Assembly: GCA_964247055.1 (NCBI GenBank)
Contig: OZ176052.1
Coordinates: forward strand, 3,844,001-3,908,000
Source: Paragordius varius
Lineage: Eukaryota; Animalia; Nematomorpha
DNA length: 64,000 nt
Direction of reading: 5' to 3'
Shown: piece by piece, positions 21,682 through 34,800 of the stretch
How positions within the stretch are numbered: position 1 is the stretch's first letter
How the letters are laid out: the number at the start of each line of letters is the position of its first letter
Program-made: the position numbers and the translations under genes
The notes under the pieces: model-generated
The model's input: only the letters and a program-made list of their open reading frames with translations
Told to the model about the DNA's origin: nothing
Databases searched by the model: none

Positions 21682-24600
21682 TTAATGTATTTCACATTTT
21701 TTAATTTCGTTCAGCCATTTTTGACATTTTTCTTGCAAAATTTTGATTGATTCTAGGAAAAGGACGTCTGGTCCTATTGCACCCAGTGATTCTATATAAA
21801 CTATTGTAATAAAATATTAATTAAAATTAAACATACTGTGGGTTTGATATAATACATATTAATTCATTTTAAATAAAAAATTTTTTAATTTATACTAATT
21901 GTACCACTGTTGATGAATTTTTTTATGTAAATAAAAAAATATTAACTTTTACTAAAATTTCAATTAAAAAATCATTGATCAAGCGATATGTTTATCAAAA
22001 GTTTAATTTATATACTTATACTCTAAAAATTTATAAAACATTTATATATTGACAAAATAAGGAAAGGATCTGCGAATCACTTATAATGACCACACTCTTT
22101 ATAATAAACCAAATCAGTAACAAAATTAAAATGTAAATTATTTTTTACTTACAGAACAATCTTAAATATTCATATATATGTAATTAGATAATTAATATAA
22201 GTATAAGGAAATTTAAAAATAATTACATATAAAATGGTGAGGTAATTTGTATAATTCGACTTTGTCCTTCAACTCTGAATGGCGAAAAACATTACGACTG
22301 CATAAATCATTTCTTGCATCTTTCACCTGAGCAACTTCGTTCCCTGTGATATATAATAAAAAAGAGAAATATATAAAAAATACTAGGAAAATTTTTTTTG
22401 ATATATTATATAAAAATCTGGGCTGGTATATTTCATGTAACCTCATGGCGAAAATAATTTAAAATCAATTAACCTAATATAAATTAATGTAAACAACGAT
22501 ATTTAAAAAAACCCATTATGTATAATTTTATACGATGTACATACATAAAGTAAAGATTTTGACCTTAAAATCTATAATAGAAAATTATATATATACAGTA
22601 AAAACTGAAATTATACGGACAAAACGTAAAATTATAAAGACAAATATTTTTTCCAAAAGACCATACTTTTTCAAACTTTAATTTTTTCTATAAAAAGAAT
22701 TGAGAGTGTCACCAATATACATATCAATTTCATAATATGCAATTTGAAACAATGAGTTATAATTTAAAAAATGGAGTTTACAAAAGTATGGTTTTCTTTA
22801 AGAAAAAAATATTTGCCTTTATATTTTTACAATTCAGTATAATTCCAATTGTTACTGTATATATTATATATTCAATAAATATAAAACCATTTGTGTCATT
22901 AACGATTTCAATGACGCCTTTACTAAAGCACTTTTGTAACTTGTGGGCATCTTCGTTGAGTAAGGGTTCTTTAAGGATAATTTCAGGATGAAGGCGATAA
23001 AATGCGGTACCTAAAAATGTCAGCAATATTATCACAATTTTTTTTATAAACAAATGTATACAAAAAAATGAGTACAGCCAGACAACAAATGAATTTTTCA
23101 TTTTAACTGATTTTTTACAATATAATTAAGGAACACAATAAAACACGTGTCTTCCATTTGCTGTATTTTACCCATACGCTACTGCATGGACAATTCAAAC
23201 CGCAGCCATACTATTTTGTAGCCGCGGACTATTTAATAATTTTTTAGATATAATTATTTTAAAATAAATATATGTAAACAGATATGTCGTTGTTATATGG
23301 TGCACGGCTCTTGAGACAAGATAAATATTGCGGCCCTTTAAAATTTTTGGTGGGTAACTCTATTTCCAATTTGCCAAAAATAATAATTGGCCAACATAAA
23401 CGTGTACACAGCAATTAATGTCACTCACACTATAAAATAGAGGTAAGTGCAATTTTATTATATCCGAAAATCAAAAAATAGTTATAAACGAAATTGTTAC
23501 GTACAAACTGGAGAAAATTTAGCATGATCTCTCCCTATCCCTTTGTAAGCTAACATAGTGCAACTAATCTCCTGGCCTGGGTTAAGTTGTGCTATAAGAA
23601 TGTTTGATTCTACCGGTTTGGGTGGTTTTTTAGTTAATGTTGGGTGATCAGATTGGTTTCCGATGGGAATCCATTTTATATCACTGGACAATACTAGTGA
23701 GATAGTTAAAGTATGATATGTAATTGGAAAAATGTATATTAAAATAGTCTTTTTAAAATTTAAAAATAAGTCTAAAATGAATTAAAATATTCCTAATATC
23801 GAATGCGGGTATATGTTATTTAACATTACAGTCATGTATATTTAGAATTGAAAGATATTCGTTTGTAAATGATTATAATTTGTTTTGAATTGTTTTAATG
23901 TTTGATATGTCAACTTTCAACATGCACATTTTTAAGCATTAAAATAATAATAGCCTATATATAGTAAACAATTAAAAACAAAGTAAAATCAATTAAAAAC
24001 GTATATCTGACAATTCTAAACATACATGACTGTATATGAAATTCCATTTGATATCCACAATACTTGTGAGATAGTAAAAATTATGATGTGTAATTCGAAA
24101 AAAATGTATATAAAAATAGGTCTAAATTCTAATATTAAATGCGCCATATGCTATTTTCAACTTAAATATTTTGAATTAGTGAATATTGATGCGATTGGAA
24201 AATAATTAATCGCATGGAGTTTTATACTCGATAAGTGAGAACTATAAAAAAATCATTAAGTTAATATAAACACAACAAATAAAAACGGTATGAGCCAAAA
24301 ATCAGACGAGGCATATGTTTGTCTTAAAAACAATTTTACGATACCTTTATCGTGCAGATAAGGCTCACTTGCATCTGTTTTATTTTTAACGCATTTGACA
24401 GCTAATTCAAATTTCAATGTATCTATAGAATTTTCTTCTAATTCAGTACCTTTAAAATAATAAAAACAAAACTAACCTTTTTGCTTAAACTCAAGAATTC
24501 TAGGGTCGATACTAAGAGGTATCAAACCTAGTCGATGACATAAAACTTCATCTGGAATGACAGAAGTATTATTATACAACAAAACTTTTTCGATTGCGAT

Positions 24601-24860
24601 TGAGGGATTCTTAAATTAAAAATATATTACTTCAGATATAAGTATTCTACGGATAGAATTTGCTAACGAAGCATCACATCCAATTATATCGCATTCCATA
24701 TCAACATTATCTAGTTTCTTTATGTTAATAATGAGATTCTATTAATTATTTATATTAAAATAACATTTTTTAAAGACTTTGCTTCAAATAATATATTATC
24801 ATCAATATCGTCATTTACGATTCCATCTTCCAGCAATTTAATTTTAGAAGTCTTTTCCAT
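21682..24860 (-). CDS. POLR1C: DNA-directed RNA polymerases I and III subunit RPAC1 (AC40), 8 exons, ~329 aa
   Basis: Exons 24860-24765, 24738-24631, 24609-24477, 24449-24345, 23693-23505, 23010-22888, 22343-22227, 21800-21682 total 990 nt in one frame. Motifs: GCDASLANSIRRILISE, AIEKVLLYNNTSVIPDEVLCHRLGLIP, WIPIGNQ, ILIAQLNPGQEI, KGIGRDHAKFSPVCTAFYRL, FYIESLGAIGPDVLFLESIKIL. Confidence 0.96.
23828..24170. repeat. Small foldback plus local duplication of the POLR1C exon-5 acceptor region
   Basis: An inverted repeat lies at 23828-23850 / 24011-24033. Positions 24044-24170 are a diverged direct copy of ~23671-23825, which spans the exon 5 start and its upstream acceptor. Confidence 0.7.
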
Positions 24861-25689
24861 GCGATTTTTTTCTGGTAAAAGTTAAGTGAATGTTTTTTTG
24901 AAAAGAAATATTTTTAAACTTTTTTATAATATGATTAATTAAGAATTCACTTTTGCATTAACTGTACGCCTTAAAAGAAAGCGGCAGTATTTCAAACAGT
25001 GAACACCATAAATCGGTGAGATACAAAGGATCTAAAAAATTGGTATACTCATAACATTTTTTGTTTTGGGCCCTACTTGTCATTTATCTTGGTACTTTAT
25101 ATATATAAAAATTGCATAGGCGCATACACTTTTGACATACATTTTCAGTCCTTCTATTTAAATCTAAGTCGCTGTGACCCTAGTTATATAATATTTTAAA
25201 AAATATAGTATAAATTGAATCCATAGTTATATCGTAATAATGTGAAAAAAATTATTTTAAAACACTGGATATTTTTGGATTAACTTGCAGGCAAAAATTT
25301 AGCAAACATGACAAGTTTGTATTCAAATATAAAGAACTCAAAACAAACCACTTATTTGTTTATTAATGTTAGATGTGATATTATATAAGTTTAAATTTAG
25401 CGTTAGATAAAGAAATGATATTATGCGACTTACTATAAAATAAAATAATTTTGAAGTGGAATGGTTCTTTTTTAACGCTTAATTTGCACTGTTTTGTTCT
25501 AATTATATCACAGTGGTCAATTTTGTAAATTACCTAAAATTAATTTAATTATCCAACACGGTTCTTATCGTCTGAAATCTAAAACTACCCAAAAATGTAT
25601 TAGAGTGATAAAATTAGATTTTCAATAATTTGGCTTATTTATATGGTTTTAATTGGGAGGCAAAATTTATTTTGGCACGTCCCATCAAA

Positions 25690-25913
25690 TAAACATGATA
25701 TTTTACCAAAAATTGCAAAATAATAATGGCGTCCAAGTAGTTTGATACGAAACTTTTTTCCAAAACTAATATTTTTTAGATATTCTGGCTTATTTATATA
25801 TTTTTTTCAGAGAGAGAATATTTTAAATTGGGACCGTCTCTTTCAGTATTTTTTTAAAATATCAACTTAAATATAGTCTGAGGTATTTGGATACCCCTAT
25901 TTGAATCGAAGTG
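25690..25913. mobile_element. Partial copy of the TTAA MITE
   Basis: Ends ...GATACCCCTATTTGAATCGAAGTG|TTAA. Internal GGCGTCCAAGTAGTTTGA and GGGACCGT motifs are shared with the other copies. Confidence 0.7.
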
Positions 25914-26954
25914 TTAACAATAATATAAGCAAATGAAACCAAAATCAGAGATGCTCGAAAACAATAATATCAAACATTAATCAGTAACTGTTATATTCTT
26001 GAAAAAAAGAGCCGAACTGAAAATACGCTTATGTAATAATCTATGCTATGGTAAAGTATTATAAAACCATATAAAAATGTATTTAGTGGTTTTAGTTTAT
26101 AGTTTTTCATTCTAAATTCTAATAATCTTTCGAACCGAATCACCTTTCGTGTTTATTTATGTCATAAATTGTAGCGAATTACATCTGACATCACCTTACA
26201 CACTCATTCTTCTCTTAAGTCTTTAATTGCGTTTTTTGGGTCTTTTTGCTTAACGTTTAAAAAAATTAAATAAAAAATTTAACACAAATCGGGTGTCCCG
26301 CTCAGGATTATCTGAAAATAAACTGCTCATGTATTACGCCCACTTTTGTACTACTTATTGAAATAAAAAAAATTTTTATAAATATATATTGAGTACCATT
26401 TATTTATACAAAAAAATGATTTTAAATTTGATTGAGTACCCTACTAAGATTGGCCTATTTTTAATTAATTAATATTTCATTTTCGGCTTGAATTATACAT
26501 AAAATTGGGTTTTTGGTCGGTCAAACCCCTTATGATTGCGGCCTTTCGCGCAGTGGCGATATAATTAATCTCAGATTGCACCGCAACATTTAGGTTAACG
26601 GTTCTTTAGGGTTTCCGCAAAAAGAGGTGCGTCAAAATTTAAAATTAACAAAATTATTTATGATATTTTAGTAAATGTTTGTTTGTTCAAGTTTAAAAAG
26701 TTCACTTTTTGTTAGAATTTTTAGGAAAATTCCATAAAAAGTTGTTATTTCCGTAACATATTTTTCAAAACTTATTATATGTGGCATATGATTTTGATAC
26801 TCTTTTTTGTTATAAAATATTAAAAGTAATTTACCTTTTCTATAGATAATAGGTGGTAATGATGTTAATTTTTTCCCCAGACTTTAATTTCTTTAGTTTT
26901 CTTTTTTTTTTCGCATAAACAAATTTGAGGTATTTTTATTGGAAAACCCTGGAA

Positions 26955-28330
26955 GAAGGAAAAACAATACATATACAACGTATAACAAATCCCTTTAGAA
27001 TATAGAAGTAAACAATAGACTTGAATTTATGGTTAAGACAGATAATAACTCAGAAACCCAATGGAATGATATTAAAACAATAATTCAAAGACAGCACAAA
27101 AATATTTAATAAAAATAAATACCAAAAAATAATACATCATATAAAAAAGGGTTATTAGATGACTGTATAAAAATAATTGAAGTAAGAAGAAGAGCTAATA
27201 GAGGAAAAAAGGTTAAAAAACTAAAATTCATACTCAGAGAGAAAAGGAATGACCTGGAAGAATACTGGAATAAACAATGCACGATTATTGCGGAAGCAAA
27301 CAGAAAAGGCTTAATCTGTGTCAAACCATCAGAAGAAGAAATCAATATCAACTCCCAACATTAAAATTAAGGATGATGAAGGAAAGATACTGACGACGGA
27401 AAAAGAAATTAAAAAAGGATGGGAAAGTTACACCAAATAGCTATATAGTGCGCACCCAGGTTCAAATATTAGAATATATGGGATGGGGATGATGATTTAT
27501 CTATGTTGGAAGCATGGTAAAAGTTTTGAAATCGATACCAATAAGAGAATTCTCTGGAATAGATAATATTGCCTTGGAATTCATAAGAGATATATTAGTA
27601 TCAGTTATATATAGTCAGGAAGTATGGGAATCAAGTATGTTAAAAAGGGAGAAAGATTTGCAGACGACACGACGCCTGTCGCAGATAATGTAGATAAAAT
27701 ACGATAAGGATAGTAAGAGAAGAATATAAAAGATATGGACCGAACGTCAGGTCTAAGAAAACCAAAGTATAAGTTTTTCAAAAAAAATTAATATAACCAT
27801 AGACGACACCCCAGTAGAAGTAAATAAAATTCAATTCTTCTTTCCAATAGATAAACGGCTACTCAACGCCAGATATTAAACGCCGCATAGCATTAGGGAA
27901 GTCAGTTGCGAACAAGTTGACTAAATTATGGAAAAGTAAAGACATCACTAGGAAAACTAAAGTGAGAGTATTGAAATGCATGGTTTTTTCGGTAGCGACT
28001 TATGCTGCCGAAGGTTGGACACTTAAACTGAATGATAAAAAAAGGGATGGCAGCATTCAGTGGTGTTGGAGGAAAATGATGAATATAAGATTGTCTGACA
28101 AGGTTAATAATGAAACAATAAGAAAAAAAATAAATATTGAGTTAATGGGAGCTTATAAAAAGAAAGTTTAGGTACATTGGGAACACTTTAAGATGTACAT
28201 CCCTTGAGAAGGGGATTCGATTTTTGGGAAAGTTGAAATGAAAAGGAATAAAGGAAGACTTATGTTAAGGTGGCTGGATGTAAGGAAGGAATCTGGTAGA
28301 AATAAAAGTTAATTGAAGGAAATAGCATGG
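26955..28330 (+). mobile_element. Degenerate RTE/BovB-like LINE reverse transcriptase
   Basis: Frameshifted fragments include a linker (VNNRLEF..ETQWNDIK), the RT catalytic-like RFADDT at ~27655-27675, TKLWKSKDITRKTKVRVLKCMVFSVATYAAEGWTLK and WCWRKM, typical of the RTE C-terminal RT region. Confidence 0.8.
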
Positions 28331-29298
28331 TAGAAAGAAAAGTGAAATAACTAGTATTTACTTAGCTACCTAACACACGCACAACAAATAATTTACTTTC
28401 AATTCTTCAATTTTTCATTCTTCTCCGTATCTTTGTGTATTAAAAAATTTCCTATGAAACATTATAATTAATTTACTTCTCAGCAAAGAGAATCTAAATT
28501 CAGATAGGAACATATCATATAAAAATGGTTCTAAAATCCGGGGGTATAAAAAAACTATTCCGATAGAAAAATAAATTAGGATTATCATGGTCTTTAGGTT
28601 TGGACATTTTGAATGAGAAAAAAAGGTATTATCGCTTTTGTAGTTACTGTATTATCAGAAAATGTAAAAATTCGCACCCATTTTAATGAATTTGGTTAAA
28701 ACTAAATGCTCTATAAAAATATTTCGATATCTCATAAACTACATACTTAGAGCAAAACAATACTTTTGAAATTTTTATAGATGTGGGCTCCGAAGTCCGC
28801 AAAATTTTTGGCTCTTCCAAAATAATGCCGAGATTGAGAGATAACAATATTTTATATATATGCTAAATTTTAATACTAAAAATATTTAAAAAAATGCGTA
28901 CTTGTTATAAAAAATTTTTTACAAACTTTTGTTGAACCGTACTGCAAACTATTTAGAAACCGGTATAACAACGCTTTAAGATATAAGCTTTTTTTCTAAA
29001 TAATTATGATGCTGAACATTACTATAGGTTCAGATTTTACATTTTTGGATTAAACACAATAACGAGCAAATTTTTTAATTTAAATTCTGAGGCGATCAAC
29101 ATCATCGAATTATATAAAAAAAGTGGTTTCATAATGACTTAAGCGTTTTTATACCGTTTCCATAATGCATAAAAAATAGTAAAGTCCGTTTCAAAAAAAC
29201 TTTGTTAAATAACTTTTGAAAAAAGATGAATTTTTTAAAAATATTTAGTTAATATTCAAAATTATAGCTCAATATCGGAATATTTGCGTTTATTTTAA

Positions 29299-31272
29299 CA
29301 CTTCGATTCAACCCCAGACTAAATTTGAGTTACTACCGAAGGAAACGGTCCCATTTATGCTTCTATCCTAATAAAAATTATATAAATATGCCAAAATATC
29401 TAAATAAAATTTTATTTTGAAAAAAAGTGCTATGTCAAACTACTTCGACATATTTTACAAAATTTTTGCAAAGTATCGTCTTCATAAAACTATTTTTTAT
29501 TTAACACTTGGATACAACACACTCGTTGTAGGCCTTCGATTCAAATTGGGGTAATTGGATACCCCAGGCCTGTTTAAAATCCAATACAAAAAGTATGGAA
29601 GTAATCAAAACCATGGCATAATTTTCCACTTATATAACATTGATAAATCGAATTATTTAAAAAAATTTATTTAAAAATACTTGATATTACTTATTTTAAG
29701 CTAAAACCTAAAGGTAAAAATTTCGTCACCGAGACATGTGTGAAATAAAAATAACACAAAATAAACCACTTTTTCTATTGCTATCAATGTTAGATGTAAT
29801 TTAAATAAAAAAATAGCTTTAATTTTACCCTTAAAATTAAATGAAGACGATATTTTGCAATAATTTGCAAAATAAAAATGGCGTCGAAGTAGTTTGACAT
29901 GGAGCTTTTTTTTCAAAACAAAATTTTATAAAGATATTTTGGCATATTTATATAATTTTTATTAGGATAGAAGCATAAATTTATTGGACCGTTTCCTTCA
30001 ATAGTTTTTTAAAAATATTAATATAAATGTAGTCTGGGGTATTTAGATACCCCAATTTGAATCGAAGTGTTAAATCCATTGATAGAAATAGAAAAAGCTG
30101 TTTATTTTATATTATTTTTTAATTTTACCAATGCACGCATGTCACGTTGGCTAAATTTTTACCTTTCGGTTTTAGCTTAACACTTGGATACAAGGCATTC
30201 ATTTTAGTCCTTTGATTTAAATTGGGGTAGTTAAATACCCCACTTTTTAAAATTAAATTCTAAAAAATATGGAAACATGGCAGAATTTTGCACTTAACAC
30301 TTGGATACAACACATTCATTTTAGTCTTTCGATTGAAATTGGGGTAGTTGGATACCCCAGGCCTGTTTAAAAATAAATTCTTTAAAAAATATGGAAGCAA
30401 TCGAAACCATGTCAAAATTTTGCACTTATATAACATTAATAAACCGAAATATATAAAAAAATTTATTCAAAAATACTTAATATTACTTATTTTAAGCTAA
30501 ATCGAAAGGTAAAAATTTAATCAACGTAACATGTGTGAAATGGTGAAATTGAAAAATAATACAAAATAAACCGCTTTTTCCATTTAAATCAATGTTAGAT
30601 ATAATTTAAATAATAAAGCCATAATTTTACTCTTAAAATAAATAAAAATGGCGTCCAAGTAATTTGACGAACTTGTTTATCAAAAAATTTTATTTAGATA
30701 TTTTGGCATATTTATATAATTTTTATTAAGATAGAAGCATAAATTTAAATTGAGACCGTTTCCTTCAGTAGTTTTTTAAAAATCCTAACTTAAATTTAGT
30801 CTGGGGTATTTAGATACCCCAATTTGAATCAAAGTGTCAAATAACATTAATAAACCGAAATATATAAAAAATTAAATTAATACTTGATATTACTTATTTT
30901 AAGCTAAACCGAAAGAAAAAATTTAGTCAACGTGACATGTGTCAAATTGTAAAATTAAAAAATAATACAAAATAAACCGCTTTTTCTATTATCAATGTTA
31001 GATGTAATTTATATAAAAAAGCTTTAGTTTTACCCTTAAAATTAAATAAAGACGATATTTTGCAAAATTTTTGTAAAATAAAAATGGCGTCGAAGTAGTT
31101 TGAGATGGAACTTTTTTTTCAAAACAAATTTATCATATTTTGGATTTATATAATATTTATCAGGATAAAAGCAGAAATTTAAATTGGGACCGTTTCCTTC
31201 AGTAGTTTTTTTTAAAAATTTTAATTTAAATTTAGTCTGGGGTATTTAGATACCCCAATTTGAATCGAAGTT
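29299..31272. mobile_element. Cluster of about five tandem or nested TTAA-MITE copies
   Basis: Copy starts are at 29299, 29505 (full length to 30069, TTAA on both sides), 30181 and 30298 (to 30836). A copy lacking one end lies at 30840-31272. Confidence 0.85.
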
Positions 31273-31896
31273 ATAAATTAACATATGTTGAGAATCAAAA
31301 TATTTGTGTCATATGACAACACAAATAAGAGTGTATGTGACTTTTTAGAAGTTTGTTATTTTCTCGGACTAGTTTTAAAATTTCCCATTCTATCCAAATT
31401 CGGATCTCCATATAAATAAAGGTTAAATATTTTTTTTGTTACTTTATTTCAAATATTTTTTTAAATTCGCATACAACTTAAGAATTGATTATATGTAAAA
31501 TAACCTTAACCCATTCACTAATGATCTTTGATTATTTTTTTTATTTAATTACTTGTACAACCTTTTACCTCCCATTTTATATAAATAATTATATAGTGTT
31601 AAGGTTTGTTATTATAAATTAGAGAAATCAAAATATTTTTAAATTGAAGATAACCATTATTGTAATTAATATATGTTTTACACCTATAATATAGTGCAAT
31701 ATGAGGTCTACGATATTTTTATTTCTCTCATATCCTAATCCAACAATTATATCCACTATAAATGATAATGCTTAAGCAAATCATTCACAGTTGACACTCA
31801 ATCAAACGGCGGATTTAATAATGCTTGCATATATCGATACTATTAATGTGTAATTAAGACGTATTTACGTCCAAAAAATCTAATAAGCGAAACAAA

Positions 31897-34800
31897 ATGC
31901 CTAATGCGGGCAATAATGATTCTCCATCATTTATTAATTGCAAGATAAATTGCCTTTTAATCCTACTCATTCATGCCATAGCTTTTAAGGTATCCTTAGG
32001 TCAAAATACAACTCTATTCACTTATTTATCATCAGCTACTACTTCAACATATTTAAGGGAGCGATCTACTGTAATTACCATGGCGTTAACAACATTAAAG
32101 TCTTTTAATGAAAATTTAACATTATCTTCAATTATGGGAATCTCAATTAATAATTCAACTACACCCCCAAATTTACCTTTTAACATTTTACCAGCTCCTG
32201 GTGACAACAAAACAGATAACGCTCAACTCTATAATAATATTAACGTTAACCGGAATTTAACCTCTAACGATAATAATGCACAAAATAATTCAACCTTGCT
32301 ACAAAAGACAAACACTGACATTAATTTAGACAATTTGGAAATGGATCCACTCATGTCTGCTTTTTATCCATTCATTTCATCTCTCAGTACTATGAACAAT
32401 AACAACAACAATATAAATCTTGTCAATAATCAGGGTGGAACTAATAATAAGGGTCGATTCTCACCACAAAATTCATCCGCCTTTTATAATTACAATGTAG
32501 GTCCATCAAACTCAGACACTGACATGATGGGAAGTTTGGGGTCGTCTGCCTCACTCACCGCTAAAAAGTTGATGGAAATGCGTCGGCGTTACCAACAGCA
32601 ACAACAGCGGTTTGGGAATATGACTCTTTTACCCATTCTTAGCGGTAATCAAAATAATGGAGGAGTACCGCCCCCTTTTCTTTCCCCTTTACCTGCGACT
32701 CCTACATCGTCTGCCTCTGGGGCAGATGAACACCATGGGGGCGGTCATCTTATTACGTCATCTGTCGGATCGTCTGCTACAACGTATGTGAGTCGAACGT
32801 CCATTTTATTTGTTTCCATATCCTTTATTGTACTCATGATCATCTCTTTGGCTTGGCTCGTCTTTTATTACGTGCAACGGTTTAGATATGCCCATGCCAA
32901 GGATCAACTTGCGGTAAATTGTTGCATATATGGGCGAAACGTTAAATTTTTTTAAACTTTTGGTTTTATTGTTTAAGTAATCCATGTAATGTGGAACAAA
33001 TTATTGAGCTTAAAACGATGGTATATCACATGTAGGGGTATTATTACGGTGCTTTACAGTTATTGCTTGACAATTTTAGATTTTAATATTTGAATCGTCT
33101 TATGATAATATTTTTTGCCCCTTTCGGTTTTAGAAACGACTCAACAGCGCAGCCAAAAAAGCCCTGGTCAAAATACCCCTCAGGACAGTCAAATCCGATG
33201 ACAAAGTTTATATTTTTTGTCGCAATTTTCGACACCAAAATTTATCGATAAACCTTATTAATTTATGTATATGCGAACACTATTATTGATTGTAATTTAT
33301 ATTAATTGAGGCCAATAGGTCACAAAAAATATATGTATGCGATAGAGAATGTTACAAAAAATGACACTGAAACATAATTTTTATGTTGATTAAACAATAC
33401 AATACAATAACATAATATCATTAGTTAATTAATTAATTAATAAATTTTTTTGGGGAAATTATATAAAGCCTTTATTTCCCATAAATTTTACCTGTTTAAC
33501 TAAATTAATGTTTGTTTTTGCGTAGGTTTTGACATCCATATAATAATAAAAGTTATATACAATTCCTGTTACCTTGATTCCTTTTTCATTTTCATTCCAT
33601 TATTATACATATATTTTTAGAAAATTGATTTTTTAATTATATATATGTATAATATAATGTGAATGATGTTAGTATATTTGTTATTATAATTCAATAATAT
33701 TTTAACATAAATACTCTAAAAAAGTAAAACATGTCAAAAATATAAGTTAAATTATAAACTAATGAGATTTGTTAATTGTTAAATATAATTTGATTTTGTA
33801 AAAAGCGTATACTTTATATTAAATTTAATATTAAATAGCAAAACCCTTAGATCCCTAAATTTCATAATATATGTAATTTTACCTCCTTAAACCGATTCTT
33901 TAATGCAAATTTCATAAATTGTATTAAATTTTTTTAGGTGACCGGACCAGATTCAGACACGTGTGCAGTATGCATTGAGGGCTTCAAACAACACGAAATT
34001 GTTAGAGAACTCAAGTGTGGGTAAATAACTTTTAATATTTTATAAAAATGAATATCGTTTGCAATTATGTGTGGCGAGTTTATTAATAATTTTTGCGGAA
34101 CAATCACATTCTTCCCCTAAAAATGGTGTTATTGTACTCATGAAACGTGATAATATGTGCAAAATCTCTATAAGTTTGTTCAAAATAAGTTTATGCAATT
34201 TGTATTTTTTAGCCATTATTTTCACAAAGCCTGCGTGGACACGTGGTTATTACTCCAACGGTCTTGTCCCATCTGTAAAATGGATATTTTGGAGGCCTAT
34301 GGATTATCGGTATAAATTATACATTTTCAAATTACATAATATTTTACACCGTTTTTTCGATAAATTTGATATCTAATAAGTTCTTACCAGGCTATTTTTT
34401 TGACTTTAAAACTGTTTTTTATAAGTTTAGTTTGCATTGTTTATAAGTTTTTAAAATTATTTATTTGGATCCTTTTTTATGCATCCATTTTTACCCCTTA
34501 ACTATTTATAGTATAATTATCTTAATGGGTTGATTAAATTACACCTATATATATTTGAATCATTTTTGGTGTTTTTTTGTAAAGGAGAAGATGAGTCTAC
34601 ACTTTGGTATATATATATTATAATTATTCATAAGCCTTAAGTCATATATAAATTCCATTTATGACATGGTTAAAAATATAATTTTTATGATAAATTTGCT
34701 GACACTCATGCACAAATGTAAAAATAGTATTTTGGATTTATCACATTTGTAAGAAAAAGCTAGCGATCTTTATTTTTTTCTATGGTATTTCAATAAAATT

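Noticed and set aside
22656-22695. AAGACCATACTTT resembling the U3 snoRNA 5' end
   Set aside because: The match stops after ~13 nt and no downstream U3 boxes follow.
24739-24777. A 39-nt version of POLR1C intron 1 using the GTCTTT donor
   Set aside because: That donor is phase 2 while the acceptor is phase 0. The GTTATT donor at 24764 (26-nt intron) keeps the frame and aligns better.
29299-31272. Recurring TTCGATTCAAATTGGGG motif resembling CRISPR repeats
   Set aside because: The sequence between motifs is also homologous between copies, the spacing is hundreds of bp and orientation varies. These are MITE termini in a eukaryotic genome.
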